A stretch of 64,000 nt of DNA, taken from NCBI GenBank assembly GCA_005881575.1, contig VBCA01000005.1:12322-76321 (forward strand). Direction: 5' to 3'. Shown here piece after piece: positions 9,095 through 19,515 of the stretch. Origin of the DNA: Betaproteobacteria bacterium. Its GTDB lineage: Bacteria; Pseudomonadota; Gammaproteobacteria; Burkholderiales; SG8-39. The position numbers and the translations under genes were made by a program. Position 1 is the first letter of the stretch. Each line of letters opens with the position of its first letter. The notes beneath the pieces are model-generated. The model was given only the letters and a program-made list of their open reading frames with translations. It was not told where the DNA came from and did not search any database.

Positions 9095-9703
9095 CTAGCG
9101 CTCTTCGCCCCAGCGGTGCATCAAATCGTGCTTGACCCCGAGGTGATCGAGTATTCGCGCGACGATGAAATCGACCAGGTCCTCGACGCGCTGGGGGCGG
9201 TGGTAGAACCCGGGATTGGCGGGGAGGATGACCGCGCCCGCGCGCGCGAGCTTGAGCATGTTCTCCAGGTGCAGGGCCGAAAACGGCGTCTCGCGCGGGA
9301 CGAGAATCAGCTTGCGGCCTTCCTTCAACGTGACGTCGGCCGCGCGCTCGATGAGATTGTCGGAGAGACCCGCGGCGACCGCGGCGAGGGTGCCCACGGT
9401 GCAGGGGCAGATCACCATGGCGTCGGCGGGATTCGACCCGGAAGCGACCGGGGCAAACCAGTCCTCGCGGCCGAACACGCGCAGTTGACCGGGCTTTGCC
9501 GAATAGCGCTCGCCGAACATGCGCTCGGCGTCGGAGGCGCGCGGCGGCAGTGCGATGTCCAGCTCCTGTTTCGCGACCACGTGGGCGGCCTGGGAATAGA
9601 GGAGGTAGACTCGCGCTTCGGCGCGTATCAGGGTTTCCACCAGCCTCAGGCCGTAGGGCATTCCGGAGGCGCCGGTCAGCGCGACGGCGACGGTCGGCTT
9701 CAT
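9095..9703 (-). CDS. ubiX: Flavin prenyltransferase UbiX
   Basis: It reads MKPTVAVALTGASGMPYGLRL...MVICPCTVGTLAAVA.G..DNL..RAADV.LKE.R.L.LV.RE.P. The ORF extends upstream to 10096, but that part overlaps rapZ. The ATG at 9703 overlaps the rapZ stop. Confidence 0.9.
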   Translation of the reverse strand: MKPTVAVALTGASGMPYGLRLVETLIRAEARVYLLYSQAAHVVAKQELDIALPPRASDAERMFGERYSAKPGQLRVFGREDWFAPVASGSNPADAMVICPCTVGTLAAVAAGLSDNLIERAADVTLKEGRKLILVPRETPFSALHLENMLKLARAGAVILPANPGFYHRPQRVEDLVDFIVARILDHLGVKHDLMHRWGEER

Positions 9704-10545
9704 GCCGCGGGGACGAGGTGCCGATGGCGAACCTGCACCGGCGTATGGCTGCGAAAATGTGCTCCTAGGCGCTCGACGAGATACACCGAGCGGTGCCGGC
9801 CGCCGGTGCAGCCGACTGCGACCGTGAGCGAGCTGCGGCTGTCCTGCCCGTATGCGGGGAGCCAGGTCTCGACGAACCGCCGTATGTCCCCCAGCATCGT
9901 GCCGACTTTGGGCTCCTTCTCGAGAAACGCGACCACGTCCGCGTCGAGGCCGGTCAGCGGCCGCAGCCGCGGGTCGTAATGCGGATTGGGGAGGCAACGC
10001 ACGTCGAACACCAGATCCGCGTCCAGGGGAACGCCTTGCTTGTAGCTGAAGGACTCGAACAGGAGGATCGTCGTCTCGGTGTGGATGTCGAGCCATTCCT
10101 TGATCCAGTTGCGCAGCGTATTCGGCAGCAAATCGGTGGTGTCGAGGCGGTAGCCGATTTCACCCACCGGAGCGAGAACCTCGCGCTCGCGCGTCAAGGC
10201 CTCCTCGAGCGTGCGCGTCCCGGTGGCGAGAGGATGGCGCCTGCGCGTCTCGGAGAAGCGCCGGATCAGCGTATCGTTTTTCGCATCGAGGAAAAGCAGG
10301 CGCAGGTCCACCCCTTGAGCTTTCAGCGCGGCCACATATTCCGGGACGAGCTCGAGCGAATCGCCCATGCGCGCGTCGATGCTCATCGCGACATGGTTGT
10401 GGCCTGCGCTGCGCAGCAGTTCCGCCGACTGCTGGAGCAGTTGCCCCGGAAGATTGTCGACGCAGTAGTAACCGCTGTCCTCAAGGGCGTTGAGGGCGAT
10501 GCTCTTCCCGGAACCCGACAGCCCGCTGATGAGGACGAGTTGCAT
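9700..10545 (-). CDS. rapZ: RNase adapter protein RapZ (YhbJ)
   Basis: It reads MQLVLISGLSGSGKSIALNALEDSGYYCVDNLP with C-terminal GCTGG.HRSV. It is part of the rpoN-operon neighbourhood. Confidence 0.9.
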   Translation of the reverse strand: MQLVLISGLSGSGKSIALNALEDSGYYCVDNLPGQLLQQSAELLRSAGHNHVAMSIDARMGDSLELVPEYVAALKAQGVDLRLLFLDAKNDTLIRRFSETRRRHPLATGTRTLEEALTREREVLAPVGEIGYRLDTTDLLPNTLRNWIKEWLDIHTETTILLFESFSYKQGVPLDADLVFDVRCLPNPHYDPRLRPLTGLDADVVAFLEKEPKVGTMLGDIRRFVETWLPAYGQDSRSSLTVAVGCTGGRHRSVYLVERLGAHFRSHTPVQVRHRHLVPAA

Positions 10546-10620
10546 TTCGACACCTTAGCGGATTGACGGCAGCCGCGCAAAACCCGGCTTCCCGGTTCCC
10601 GGACGACAAGATGGCCCGCT

Positions 10621-11544
10621 TCAATCCTTCTTCATCTGCGCCTGCTGCCTCTGCATGAACTCGTCCGTCGAGTGGATGCCGCGAAGCTGCAGAATGTAGT
10701 TGCGCACGGCGGCTTCGAGCAGCACCGCGAGGTTGCGACCCGCCGCAACCGGAATGACGACTTTCCGGACGGTCACGCCCAGGATGTCTTCGGACTGTTC
10801 GTGCAGCGGCAATCGCTCCGACTCGTTCGCTCCGTGGCGATCGAGATGCACGATCAGCCGCAAGTTCATCTTCGGGCGCACCGCGGTCTCGCCGAATATC
10901 GTGCGGATGTTGAGCACGCCCAGGCCGCGCACTTCCAGAAAATCCTTCAATAGCGGGGGGCAACGGCATTCGAGCGTGGACACCGCGATGCGCGAGACGT
11001 CGACGACATCGTCCGCAACGAGCCCGTGGCCGCGGCTGATCAGTTCCAGCGCGAGCTCGCTTTTCCCGGCGCCCGAATCACCCGTGATGAGCACTCCGAG
11101 TCCGAGCACGTCCATGCATACTCCGTGGCACTGCGTGGTCTCCGCGAGCGCCTTGCCGAGATAGCGACGCAGCCGGTCGATGACTTGCGCACCGGGCATG
11201 TCGGTGGCGAACACCGCGGTGTCCGAAGCCTCGGCCGCCTTCAGCATGCGCACGTCTGCGGGGGCGCCGTCGGCGACGACGATCGCTACGGGGTGGACGG
11301 CGAACAGATTGCCGAGCGTCTGGAAGAGATCGGCCTCCTCGAACGCGGCGAGATGGGCGATCTCGTGGTTGCCGAGGACCTGGATGCGGTTGGGGTGGAT
11401 GAGGTTGAGGTGCCCTACGAGCGCCGCGACACCGGTGCTGTCGCGCCAAAGCTTGGTTGCGCCGCCGGCCTTTCCGCCGATCCAGGCGAGCCCGAGCTTG
11501 TCGCGATTGTCGTCATACAGCTGCGCGACGCTGATCTGCAACAT
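10621..11544 (-). CDS. hprK: HPr kinase/phosphorylase
   Basis: It has the Walker A motif GDSGAGKSELALELI.RGH.LVADD and is preceded by ptsN. The ATG at 11544 is chosen, since the ORF opens at 11586 inside ptsN. Confidence 0.85.
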   Translation of the reverse strand: MLQISVAQLYDDNRDKLGLAWIGGKAGGATKLWRDSTGVAALVGHLNLIHPNRIQVLGNHEIAHLAAFEEADLFQTLGNLFAVHPVAIVVADGAPADVRMLKAAEASDTAVFATDMPGAQVIDRLRRYLGKALAETTQCHGVCMDVLGLGVLITGDSGAGKSELALELISRGHGLVADDVVDVSRIAVSTLECRCPPLLKDFLEVRGLGVLNIRTIFGETAVRPKMNLRLIVHLDRHGANESERLPLHEQSEDILGVTVRKVVIPVAAGRNLAVLLEAAVRNYILQLRGIHSTDEFMQRQQAQMKKD

Positions 11545-11998
11545 GCGGCTGCCAGGCGGTGATGTGCTGATGCAGAGTGCCCGCATCGGTGGCGGTCGAG
11601 AGTTTCTCGCGCAGCTCGCGGTCGCTCAGCATCTGTGCGAGCTCGGACAGGATGCGCAGGTGCTGCTCGGTCGCCTGCTCCGGCACCAACAGCAGGAACA
11701 CCAGATTGACCGGCTTGCCGTCGGGTGCGTCGAACGGAACCGGTTGCGCCAGGCGCACAAAAGCCCCGACCGCTTCCTTCAGACCCTTGATCCTGCCGTG
11801 CGGAATGGCGAGCCCCTGTCCCAGACCGGTCGAGCCGAGACGTTCGCGGGCAAACAGGCTGTCGAACACCAGGCTCCTCGCCACCCCCTGGTTGTTCTCG
11901 AAGAGCAGCCCGGCCTGCTCGAACATGCGTTTCTTGCTCGTCACATCCAGGTCCAGGAGGATGTTCGAAGGGGGCAGGAGCTTGGCGACTAGGTTCAT
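11513..11998 (-). CDS. ptsN: PTS IIA-like nitrogen regulatory protein PtsN (EIIA-Ntr)
   Basis: 161 aa. It contains RE.LGSTG.G.G.A.PH, the phosphorylatable His region of EIIA-Ntr, and lies downstream of rpoN/hpf. Confidence 0.9.
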   Translation of the reverse strand: MNLVAKLLPPSNILLDLDVTSKKRMFEQAGLLFENNQGVARSLVFDSLFARERLGSTGLGQGLAIPHGRIKGLKEAVGAFVRLAQPVPFDAPDGKPVNLVFLLLVPEQATEQHLRILSELAQMLSDRELREKLSTATDAGTLHQHITAWQPHVADQRRAAV

Positions 11999-12101
11999 CG
12001 AGACTCTGAGAATCGTCCAGTCCGTGCCTCACGCACGCAGAAATCGTACCCAGCGGCCCGGAGAGGCGTGGAATTCTACACTATCGCTCGGCGCGCTGTT
12101 G

Positions 12102-12425
12102 TCAATCCGACGGGGAGTGGTGCTTGAGCGCATCGTGCGGATGCGCATGCAGACGGTCTTTGTACTTGATGATCTGGCGATCGAGCTTGTCCGCCACGGC
12201 GTCGATCGCGGCGTACAGATCCGGGTCGCCGCTCTTGACGAAGATCTCCTTTCCGGCGACGTGACAGCTGACTTCCACCTCTCGAGCGAGATGGTCCGCG
12301 GCGAGGATCACGTTGACGCCGATGACGTGATCAAAATGCCGCCGGATTCTGGAAAGTTTGCTCTCGAGGTAACTGCGGATCGACGGGGTGACCGCCACGT
12401 GACGCCCGCTGATGACGAGATTCAT
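12102..12425 (-). CDS. hpf: Ribosome hibernation promoting factor (sigma-54 modulation protein)
   Basis: 107 aa, MNLVISGRHVAVTPSIRSYLESKL... It lies immediately downstream of rpoN. Confidence 0.9.
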   Translation of the reverse strand: MNLVISGRHVAVTPSIRSYLESKLSRIRRHFDHVIGVNVILAADHLAREVEVSCHVAGKEIFVKSGDPDLYAAIDAVADKLDRQIIKYKDRLHAHPHDALKHHSPSD

Positions 12426-12443
12426 GCGAGGCGCGCCTTCGCG

Positions 12444-13886
12444 TCAAAGAGACTTTCTCATGCTCACGGAAGGTATCTGCAGCGACTCGCGGTACTTCGC
12501 GATGGTGCGACGCGCGACCACGATGCCCTGCTGGCTGAGGATCTCGGCGATCTTGCTGTCCGAAAGGGGTTTCCGGGCATCCTCGGCGGCAACCAGCTGC
12601 TTGAGCAACGCCCGGATAGCGGTCGCCGAGCACGCACCCCCCGTCTCGGTGGCGACGTGACTCCCGAAGAAGTACTTGAGCTCGAAAATGCCGCGCGGCG
12701 TGAACATGAACTTCTGAGTCGTGACGCGCGAGACGGTCGATTCGTGCAGGCCGAGCGTGTTTGCGATTTCGCGCAGCACCAGCGGCCGCATCCCGACCTC
12801 GCCGTGCTCGAAAAAATGGCGCTGCCGGTCGACGATCGCCTGCGACACGCGCAGGATCGTCTCGAACCGCTGCTGCACGTTCTTGATCAGCCAGCGTGCC
12901 TCCTGCAGCTGATGCGAGAGCTGGCCGCCCGACTGACTGCGGTTGTTCTGCAGGATATCGGCATACATGCGATTGATGCGCAGCTTCGGCAGCGCGTCGG
13001 GGTTGAGGCTCGCCACCCAGACGTTCTTGATTTTCTTCACTACGACGTCGGGCACGATGTAGCGCGTCTCGCTGGTCGAGAACGCGGCGCCGGGACGCGG
13101 GTTGAGGCTCTGGATCAGTCTCTGGGCCTGGCGCAGCTCGTCGTCTCCGCATTGCAGCGCCTTCCTGAGCTTCGAAAAGTCGCGCGCCGCAAGGAGCTGG
13201 AGGTGCTCGTGCGCGACGGCGAGAGCCGTGGCGCGGCTCGGCGTGGACTCGGGCAAGGCGAGCAGCTGCAGCTCGAGACATTCCGAGCAGTTGCGGGCAC
13301 CCACGCCCGTCGGGTCGAAGTTCTGCAGGTGCTTGAGGGCGATGGCCAGCTCTTCGGGCTCGATCTGCAACTCCTCGGGCACGAGCTGAGCGAGCTCCTC
13401 GATGGGCTGCGTGAGATAACCGCCTTCGTCGAGCGCTTCTATCAGGAACGCGACCAGGTTGCGGTCGCGCGGTTCGAGCTGGGTCAGGGAGAGTTGCCGG
13501 TGCAGATGCTCTCGCAGATTGGGAGACTCGGCGGGGACCTGGAAAAAATCGCCGTCATCGGCGTCGTCGCGCGTCCCCGAGCTCGAGCCGCCTTCACCCC
13601 CCCAGTCGGCGTCAGCCGAGAAAATGTCCGTCTGCGGCGGATTCTCGACGCTCGCCTCCTCGGCGGGCGCCTGAAGGGCGGTCGCCGGCTCGCCGTTCAT
13701 GTGCGCGAGGGGTGCCGGAATCTCGCCGTCGGCGTCTTCTCGCTCGAGGAGCGGATTTTCCGCTAGAAATTTCTCGAGCTCCTGATTCAACTCCATCGTC
13801 GAGAGCTGCAGCAGGCGTATCGATTGCTGCAGCTGCGGCGTCAGCGTCAGGTGCTGCGAGAGCTTGAGTTGTAGGGTCTGCTTCAT
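12444..13886 (-). CDS. rpoN: RNA polymerase sigma-54 factor
   Basis: 480 aa. It has the N-terminal region I (MKQTLQLKLSQHLTLTPQLQQSIRLLQLS) and the RpoN box (ARRTIAKYRE). Confidence 0.97.
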   Translation of the reverse strand: MKQTLQLKLSQHLTLTPQLQQSIRLLQLSTMELNQELEKFLAENPLLEREDADGEIPAPLAHMNGEPATALQAPAEEASVENPPQTDIFSADADWGGEGGSSSGTRDDADDGDFFQVPAESPNLREHLHRQLSLTQLEPRDRNLVAFLIEALDEGGYLTQPIEELAQLVPEELQIEPEELAIALKHLQNFDPTGVGARNCSECLELQLLALPESTPSRATALAVAHEHLQLLAARDFSKLRKALQCGDDELRQAQRLIQSLNPRPGAAFSTSETRYIVPDVVVKKIKNVWVASLNPDALPKLRINRMYADILQNNRSQSGGQLSHQLQEARWLIKNVQQRFETILRVSQAIVDRQRHFFEHGEVGMRPLVLREIANTLGLHESTVSRVTTQKFMFTPRGIFELKYFFGSHVATETGGACSATAIRALLKQLVAAEDARKPLSDSKIAEILSQQGIVVARRTIAKYRESLQIPSVSMRKSL

Positions 13887-13971
13887 CGAGATATGGCGCG
13901 GGTACCTCGCCAGGAGGATCGTAGTTCAGGCGGGCCAGATTGGTAAACGGGGCGGGTCGCGGCGTTGTCCC

Positions 13972-14694
13972 CTACAGCCTGAAATTCTCGCCGAGATAAA
14001 CGCGTCTAACGTTTTCATTATAAACGATCTCGTCGGGTTTGCCGAAAGCGAGCACCAGGCCGTCGTTGATGATGTAGGCGTGGTCGCAAATTCCCAGCGT
14101 TTCCCGCACGTTATGGTCCGTGATGAGAATGCCGATGCCGCGTTCCTTCAGAAAACGGATGATTTTCTGAATGTCGAGCACCGCGATCGGGTCGACGCCC
14201 GCGAAGGGTTCATCGAGCAGTATGAAGCTCGGACGCGTCGCGAGCGCCCGGGCGATCTCGACGCGGCGGCGCTCCCCCCCCGACAGGGACAGGGCGGTGG
14301 ATTGCCGCAGATGCGCGATGTTGAGATCGCGCAGCAGCCCGGAAAGGCGGGACTCGATCTCCTCCTCGGGAAGTTCCTGCAGCTCCAGCACCGCGCGGAT
14401 GTTCTCCTCGACGGTCAGCTTGCGGAACACGGACGCTTCCTGGGGCAGGTACGACAGTCCCATGCGGGCGCGGCGGTGCATCGCGAAATGGCTGATTTCC
14501 CTGCCGTCGAGATGGATCGCTCCGTCGTCCACCGCGATCAGCCCCACGATCATGTAAAAACAAGTCGTCTTCCCGGCGCCGTTCGGACCCAGCAGCCCCA
14601 CGACCTCGCCGCTCGTCACCTCGAGCGACACGTCCTTGACCACGGCGCGCGAACCGTAGTGCTTCTTGAGTCCGTGGACCTGCAGCTGGCTCAT
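13972..14694 (-). CDS. lptB: LPS export ABC transporter ATP-binding protein
   Basis: 240 aa with Walker [10 protein letters not shown], signature [15 protein letters not shown] and Walker [10 protein letters not shown]. It lies next to lptA/lptC. Confidence 0.95.
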   Translation of the reverse strand: MSQLQVHGLKKHYGSRAVVKDVSLEVTSGEVVGLLGPNGAGKTTCFYMIVGLIAVDDGAIHLDGREISHFAMHRRARMGLSYLPQEASVFRKLTVEENIRAVLELQELPEEEIESRLSGLLRDLNIAHLRQSTALSLSGGERRRVEIARALATRPSFILLDEPFAGVDPIAVLDIQKIIRFLKERGIGILITDHNVRETLGICDHAYIINDGLVLAFGKPDEIVYNENVRRVYLGENFRL

Positions 14695-14725
14695 CGATTT
14701 CGCCCCGTTCGCAGGTACGGGGAGA

Positions 14726-15310
14726 CTACTCCTTCCGGCCCGTGCCGGAACCCGGCCGGGTTTCGGGCTCCGCGGGCTTTTTCGGCATGATGGTTGCGCG
14801 CACGCGTCCTTCGCGTTCGGTCCCGGGCGCCTCGTCGGTCGATTTCACGGTAAAACGCTCGGTGCGGGCGTCGTAGGAGATGAAATCGCCGCGAATATCG
14901 TCCCCGCTGTCGCGGCGCAGCCGGGCGGCGGTGAAGAACTCGACGCGCTCGAGCTTGTTGTCGTATTCGATCCTGAACGCTTCTCCGTCGATGTATTCTC
15001 CGTCACCATCCCGCTTGTGACGGAACGTCGCCGGCTTGCCGCTCGCAACGCCGTAGTAGAAGCCGTCGCCGTCCTGCCGCACGACGATTCGGTCCGCGCG
15101 GATGATGAGCGAGCCTTGGGCCAGCACGACTTTTCCCTCGAAAGTGGAAACTTTCTTGGCTTCGTCGGAAATCATGCTGTCGGATTCGATGTTGATCGGT
15201 TTGTCGCGATCGGCTCTCTCGGCAAGCACCGATTCCGACGTCAATGCCCACATCGCCGCAAGACCGAGGGCCGCGGCTGCGCGCGCCCTATTTCCTGGAT
15301 GGGACATCAA
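14726..15310 (-). CDS. lptA: LPS transport periplasmic protein LptA
   Basis: It has a signal peptide and an OstA-like beta-jellyroll sequence ([10 protein letters not shown]......F.G.V...QG.L.I.AD.I.V). Confidence 0.85.
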   Translation of the reverse strand: MMSHPGNRARAAAALGLAAMWALTSESVLAERADRDKPINIESDSMISDEAKKVSTFEGKVVLAQGSLIIRADRIVVRQDGDGFYYGVASGKPATFRHKRDGDGEYIDGEAFRIEYDNKLERVEFFTAARLRRDSGDDIRGDFISYDARTERFTVKSTDEAPGTEREGRVRATIMPKKPAEPETRPGSGTGRKE

Positions 15311-15866
15311 GGATGCCCTTGACTTGCGATTGCAGCGTGAACTGTTGATTGTTCTTGTTCACAATCATCCCGACCCCTGTCAAGATGGAGCGCCCCTCCG
15401 AAATGGTGACCGTGTGATCCGTACGCGCGATTCCCTGCTCGGCGAGTAGGTGGAGGAATTCCGTTCGAGCGCGAAACTCGGGTCGCTCCGGCGTTGCCTC
15501 GCGCAAGATGAGCACATTGCCGTACAGGAAAGCCTCCTCGCCTTGGCGATTGATGGTGCCGCGATTTGCGGTCGCGATGAAATTACCGTTGTCGGCGGCA
15601 ATTTCAACGAAGCGCGGATAAAGCGCCTCGCCCGAACCATCGTCGGCAAAATGCATCATCTTCGGCGCAGAGAATGTGTACCGGAGCTTGCCCGAAGCGT
15701 CCAGCCTTTGAACCGTGAAATTCTCGACGATGGAATCGGGATCGTGCCCGGTAGACTTCGAATCGCCGCCGAAACCCTCCACCACGGCGTATTGCAGCCA
15801 CAGGGTCAGCAACCCGAGAAACGCCATCAGAACGAGCGGGAGCAGAGGCGTAACGCGTGGTTTCAT
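15288..15866 (-). CDS. lptC: LPS export system protein LptC
   Basis: It has an N-terminal anchor (MKPRVTPLLPLVLMAFLGLLTLWL) and lies between kdsC and lptA. The ATG at 15866 overlaps the kdsC stop, and the upstream ORF extension lies inside kdsC. Confidence 0.8.
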   Translation of the reverse strand: MKPRVTPLLPLVLMAFLGLLTLWLQYAVVEGFGGDSKSTGHDPDSIVENFTVQRLDASGKLRYTFSAPKMMHFADDGSGEALYPRFVEIAADNGNFIATANRGTINRQGEEAFLYGNVLILREATPERPEFRARTEFLHLLAEQGIARTDHTVTISEGRSILTGVGMIVNKNNQQFTLQSQVKGILDVPSRK

Positions 15867-16393
15867 GCGAGCTGGCGCGCGATCAGCCGCTCTAGCGTGT
15901 CTTGGGCCCGCATGATCAGCTCGCAGACCTCGCGGACGGCGCCCCTGCCGCCGGGAGCCCGCGTAACGTGGTGGACGCGCTCTCTCACGAGCTCCGGTGC
16001 TTCCGGCACGCTCGCGGCGAACCCGCAACGCGCGAGCACCGGCAGATCCACCCAATCGTCGCCCATGTATCCGGCGACTGCGGCGGAGGTGCGCAAGCGG
16101 CCGATCAGGCTCTCGAAAGCAGCACTCTTGTTCCCCGCACCTTGTTCCACGTGCGTGATGCCAAGCTCAGCGGCGCGCACCTCGACGGCGCGCGAGCGAC
16201 GCGCGGAAAGAATGGCGACCTCGACCCCGCTCTCCTTCAGCATCTTGAGCCCATGGCCGTCCTGAGCGTTGAATGCCTTCAACTCGGCTCCAGTCTCGCT
16301 GAAGTACAGGGTCCCGTCGGTGAGCACCCCGTCGACATCGAAGATCATCAGGCGCAGACGCCGCATTCGCTCTAGAGCGTCGTCGCGCATCAA
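15863..16393 (-). CDS. kdsC: 3-deoxy-D-manno-octulosonate 8-phosphate phosphatase
   Basis: 176 aa with the HAD motif IFDVDGVLTDG. It follows kdsD with a 4-nt overlap. Confidence 0.9.
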   Translation of the reverse strand: MMRDDALERMRRLRLMIFDVDGVLTDGTLYFSETGAELKAFNAQDGHGLKMLKESGVEVAILSARRSRAVEVRAAELGITHVEQGAGNKSAAFESLIGRLRTSAAVAGYMGDDWVDLPVLARCGFAASVPEAPELVRERVHHVTRAPGGRGAVREVCELIMRAQDTLERLIARQLA

Positions 16394-17382
16394 ATGACCT
16401 TGGCGCGAAACAGATCGTGCATGTTGAGAGCGCCGACCAGCTCTCCCGTTTCCGTAGCGACGAGCAGCTGATTGATCTTGTGACGCTCCATCAACTCGAG
16501 GGCTTCGGCGGCCAGCTTGTGCGGGGCGATCGTGTGCGGGCTGCGCTTCATGACATCGGCAATCTTGAGCGCGCGGACGTCGGGTTTGCGCTCCAGCGTC
16601 CTGCGCAGGTCGCCGTCGGTGAATATTCCGACGAGCTTTTTGCCGGGCCCGAGGATGGCGGTCATGCCCATGCTCTTCCTGGATATCTCTGCCAGCAAGT
16701 CGGAAAAGGAATCGGTGTCGGATACGGCCGGAACGTCGTTGCCGGTACGCATCACGTCGGAGACATGGATGAGCAGCTTCCTGCCGAGAGCGCCGCCGGG
16801 ATGGGCGCGAGCGAAATCCTGCTCATCGAAACCGCGAGCGTCGAGCAAAGCGACCGCCAGAGCGTCGCCGAGCGCGAGCGCGGCGGTGGTGCTCGCCGTC
16901 GGCGCAAGATTCAGCGGGCAGGCTTCCTGCGCGACGCCCGCGTCAAGGTGGACATCGGCTTCCCGGGCAAGCGCCGAGTCGGGATTGCCGGTCAGCGCGA
17001 TCAGCTTCGCGCCCTGGCGTTTTATCCGGGGGATGATCGTGAGCAGCTCATCCGACTGGCCGGAATTCGAGAGCGCCAGAACGACGTCATCGCGCGTGAT
17101 CATGCCCAGATCGCCGTGTCCCGCCTCGGCGGCGTGGACGAAAAAAGCCGGCGTCCCCGTGCTCGCCAGCGTGGATGCGATCTTGCGGGCGATGTGCCCC
17201 GACTTGCCGACGCCGCTCACGACGACGCGCCCGCGGCACGCGAGGATCAGACCGACCGCATCCAGGAAACGCTCGTCGAGTCGCGATATCAGCCCGCTCA
17301 CCGCATCGGCCTCGATAGCGAGCACTTTGCGCGCGAGCTCAAGCGCGGAGCTTGAAATCGCTTTCTTCGATCGATCGTTCAT
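16390..17382 (-). CDS. kdsD: Arabinose-5-phosphate isomerase (KdsD/KpsF family)
   Basis: 330 aa. It has a SIS domain (VVVSGVGKSGHIARKIASTLASTGTPAFFVH) followed by tandem CBS domains. Confidence 0.9.
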   Translation of the reverse strand: MNDRSKKAISSSALELARKVLAIEADAVSGLISRLDERFLDAVGLILACRGRVVVSGVGKSGHIARKIASTLASTGTPAFFVHAAEAGHGDLGMITRDDVVLALSNSGQSDELLTIIPRIKRQGAKLIALTGNPDSALAREADVHLDAGVAQEACPLNLAPTASTTAALALGDALAVALLDARGFDEQDFARAHPGGALGRKLLIHVSDVMRTGNDVPAVSDTDSFSDLLAEISRKSMGMTAILGPGKKLVGIFTDGDLRRTLERKPDVRALKIADVMKRSPHTIAPHKLAAEALELMERHKINQLLVATETGELVGALNMHDLFRAKVI

Positions 17383-17495
17383 CGAGAGAAACCGCGCTGG
17401 CCCGCGCCGGAAGCACCCTTTATCATAAGTTTGGAGTATACCAGACCGAATCCGCGCTTTTTCCCACGTGATCCCAAGAAAACAAGGACTTCCGA

Positions 17496-19466
17496 ATGGG
17501 CGACACGCTTGAGCTGGTGCTGATACTGCTGGCGAGCGCCGTGCTCGTCGTGGTGCTGTTTCGCTGGTTGCACTTGCCTCCGCTGCTCGGATATCTCCTG
17601 GTCGGCGCCGCGGTCGGCCCCTACGCGCTGGCGTGGATTCCAGACACGGACGAAGGACGGCATCTTGCGCAATTCGGGGTCGTGTTCCTGATGTTCTCGA
17701 TCGGGCTGGAGTTCAGCCTGCCCAAGCTGTTCCAGCTGCGTCGCGCCGTGTTCGGGCTGGGTTTTTCCCAGGTCCTGCTCACGCTAGTCGCGGTGCTCAC
17801 CGCCGCATCGCTTGTAGGGGCCCCCTGGCAAGCGGCTCTCGCTGTGGGAGGCGCAGTCGCCATGTCGTCGACGGCAATGGTCCTGCGCATTCTCGCCGAA
17901 CGCATACAACTGGAAACCCCCCACGGACGCGACATCGTGGGAGTGCTGCTTTTCCAGGACCTCGCGGTAGTCCCCTTGCTGATCGTGATTCCCGCTATCG
18001 CGGAGGGGAGCGGCGAGCTTGCGCAGCGTCTGGGGATTGCGCTCGCCAAAGCCGCGGTGGTGCTCGTGGTACTGCTCTTTGTCGGGCAGAAACTCATGCG
18101 CGGCTGGTTTCACATCGTGGCGCGCCGGCGCTCGCATGAGCTGTTCATTCTCAACGTCCTGCTCGTCACGCTGGGGCTTGCCTGGCTCACGGATCGGGCG
18201 GGACTGTCTTTGGCCCTCGGCGCGTTTCTGGCCGGAATGCTCATTGCGGAAACCGAATACCGGCATCAGGTCGAGGAGGACATCAGGCCATTCCGGGAGG
18301 TCCTGCTGGGTCTATTCTTCGTGACGATAGGCATGAGACTCGACCTGGGGACGGTTGCAGCGAATCTATCGCTGACGCTGGCGCTCACTGCGCTGCTCGT
18401 CATATTCAAGTTCATCCTGGTGGCGGGCCTCGCGCGTCTGTTCGGAGCCGGCCCCGGTGCTGCCGTACGCACGGGGCTGGCCCTCGCCCAGGTGGGCGAG
18501 TTCGGCCTGGTGCTCATGGTCCTCGCGCAGTCGGTCGCATTGCTCGATCGCGACTTTTCCCAGCTGGTCGTCGCGGCGATGCTGCTCTCCATGCTTGTCG
18601 CGCCGTTCGTCATTCAGGCAAGCGACAAGCTCGCTTTGCGCTGGTCGAGCGCCGAATGGATGCTGCAATCGCTCGCGCTGCACCGAGTAGCCGCGCAGAG
18701 TCTCTCGACCGAGCGCCACGTCATCGTGTGCGGCTACGGCCGCACGGGCCAGCGCCTGGCGCACATGCTGGAGCAGGAGCAAATCGATGTCATCGCCCTC
18801 GATACCGATTCGGAGCGCGTGCGCGGAGCGGAAGCCGCGGGCGAGAAGGTCGTTTTCGGCGACGCGTCTCGGTACGAAACGCTGGTGGCGGCCGGTGTCG
18901 CACGCGCAAGCGCGCTCGTCGTTACTTTCGCGGACACGCAGCTTGCGCTGCGTATCCTGCATCATGTGCGCGCGCTCAATCCTGCGTTGCCGGTGATCGT
19001 CCGCACTCTGGACGACGCCGACATGGACCAGCTCATCGCCGCGGGCGCCTCGGAGGTGGTTCCCGAGACCTTCGAGTCGAGCTTGATGCTCGCGTCGCAT
19101 GCTCTGGTGCTGTTGGGAGTGCCGTTGAGGCGGGTGGTGCGCCGCATTCGCGACGTGCGCGAGCATCGATACAGCTTGATGCGCGGCTTCTTTCACGGAG
19201 GCACTGATGAAGCCGAAGACCCCGACGAGGCGCGCGAACCGCGCCTGCATTCGGTGACCCTCGCGACCGGTGCGGGTGCCTCGGGACGCAGCCTGGGAGA
19301 GCTCGCGCTGGGCGAACTCGGCGTGCGCGTGACGGCGCTGCGGCGGCGGGAGCTGCGGATGATTTCGCCGGATCCGCAAACGGCATTGCAGGAGGGCGAC
19401 GTGATCGTGCTGCTCGGCACGCCCGAGCAACTCGCTGCCGCGGAGATACGCCTGCTTCAGGGCTAG
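17496..19466 (+). CDS. Monovalent cation:proton antiporter-2 (CPA2) family K+ efflux protein with RCK (TrkA-N/TrkA-C) domains
   Basis: 656 aa. It has a multi-TM Na_H_exchanger-like N-terminal part, a Rossmann motif (VIVCGYGRTGQRLA) and a C-terminal TrkA-C-like segment, i.e. KefB/KefC/YbaL-like architecture. Confidence 0.8.
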   Translation: MGDTLELVLILLASAVLVVVLFRWLHLPPLLGYLLVGAAVGPYALAWIPDTDEGRHLAQFGVVFLMFSIGLEFSLPKLFQLRRAVFGLGFSQVLLTLVAVLTAASLVGAPWQAALAVGGAVAMSSTAMVLRILAERIQLETPHGRDIVGVLLFQDLAVVPLLIVIPAIAEGSGELAQRLGIALAKAAVVLVVLLFVGQKLMRGWFHIVARRRSHELFILNVLLVTLGLAWLTDRAGLSLALGAFLAGMLIAETEYRHQVEEDIRPFREVLLGLFFVTIGMRLDLGTVAANLSLTLALTALLVIFKFILVAGLARLFGAGPGAAVRTGLALAQVGEFGLVLMVLAQSVALLDRDFSQLVVAAMLLSMLVAPFVIQASDKLALRWSSAEWMLQSLALHRVAAQSLSTERHVIVCGYGRTGQRLAHMLEQEQIDVIALDTDSERVRGAEAAGEKVVFGDASRYETLVAAGVARASALVVTFADTQLALRILHHVRALNPALPVIVRTLDDADMDQLIAAGASEVVPETFESSLMLASHALVLLGVPLRRVVRRIRDVREHRYSLMRGFFHGGTDEAEDPDEAREPRLHSVTLATGAGASGRSLGELALGELGVRVTALRRRELRMISPDPQTALQEGDVIVLLGTPEQLAAAEIRLLQG

Positions 19467-19515
19467 TGGCTGCAGGCGGAATCCGTGCGTTTCGGGGCGG
19501 AGGACCTCCGGCCCG

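Noticed and set aside
15288-16055. N-terminal extensions of lptC (to 16055), ubiX (to 10096), thiG (to 4624), hprK (to 11586) and the PilO-like gene (to 30512) as given by the longest ORFs.
   Set aside because: The extensions overlap the upstream gene in another frame and are Arg/Pro/Gly-rich. Internal start codons that abut or overlap the upstream stop give proteins of canonical length.
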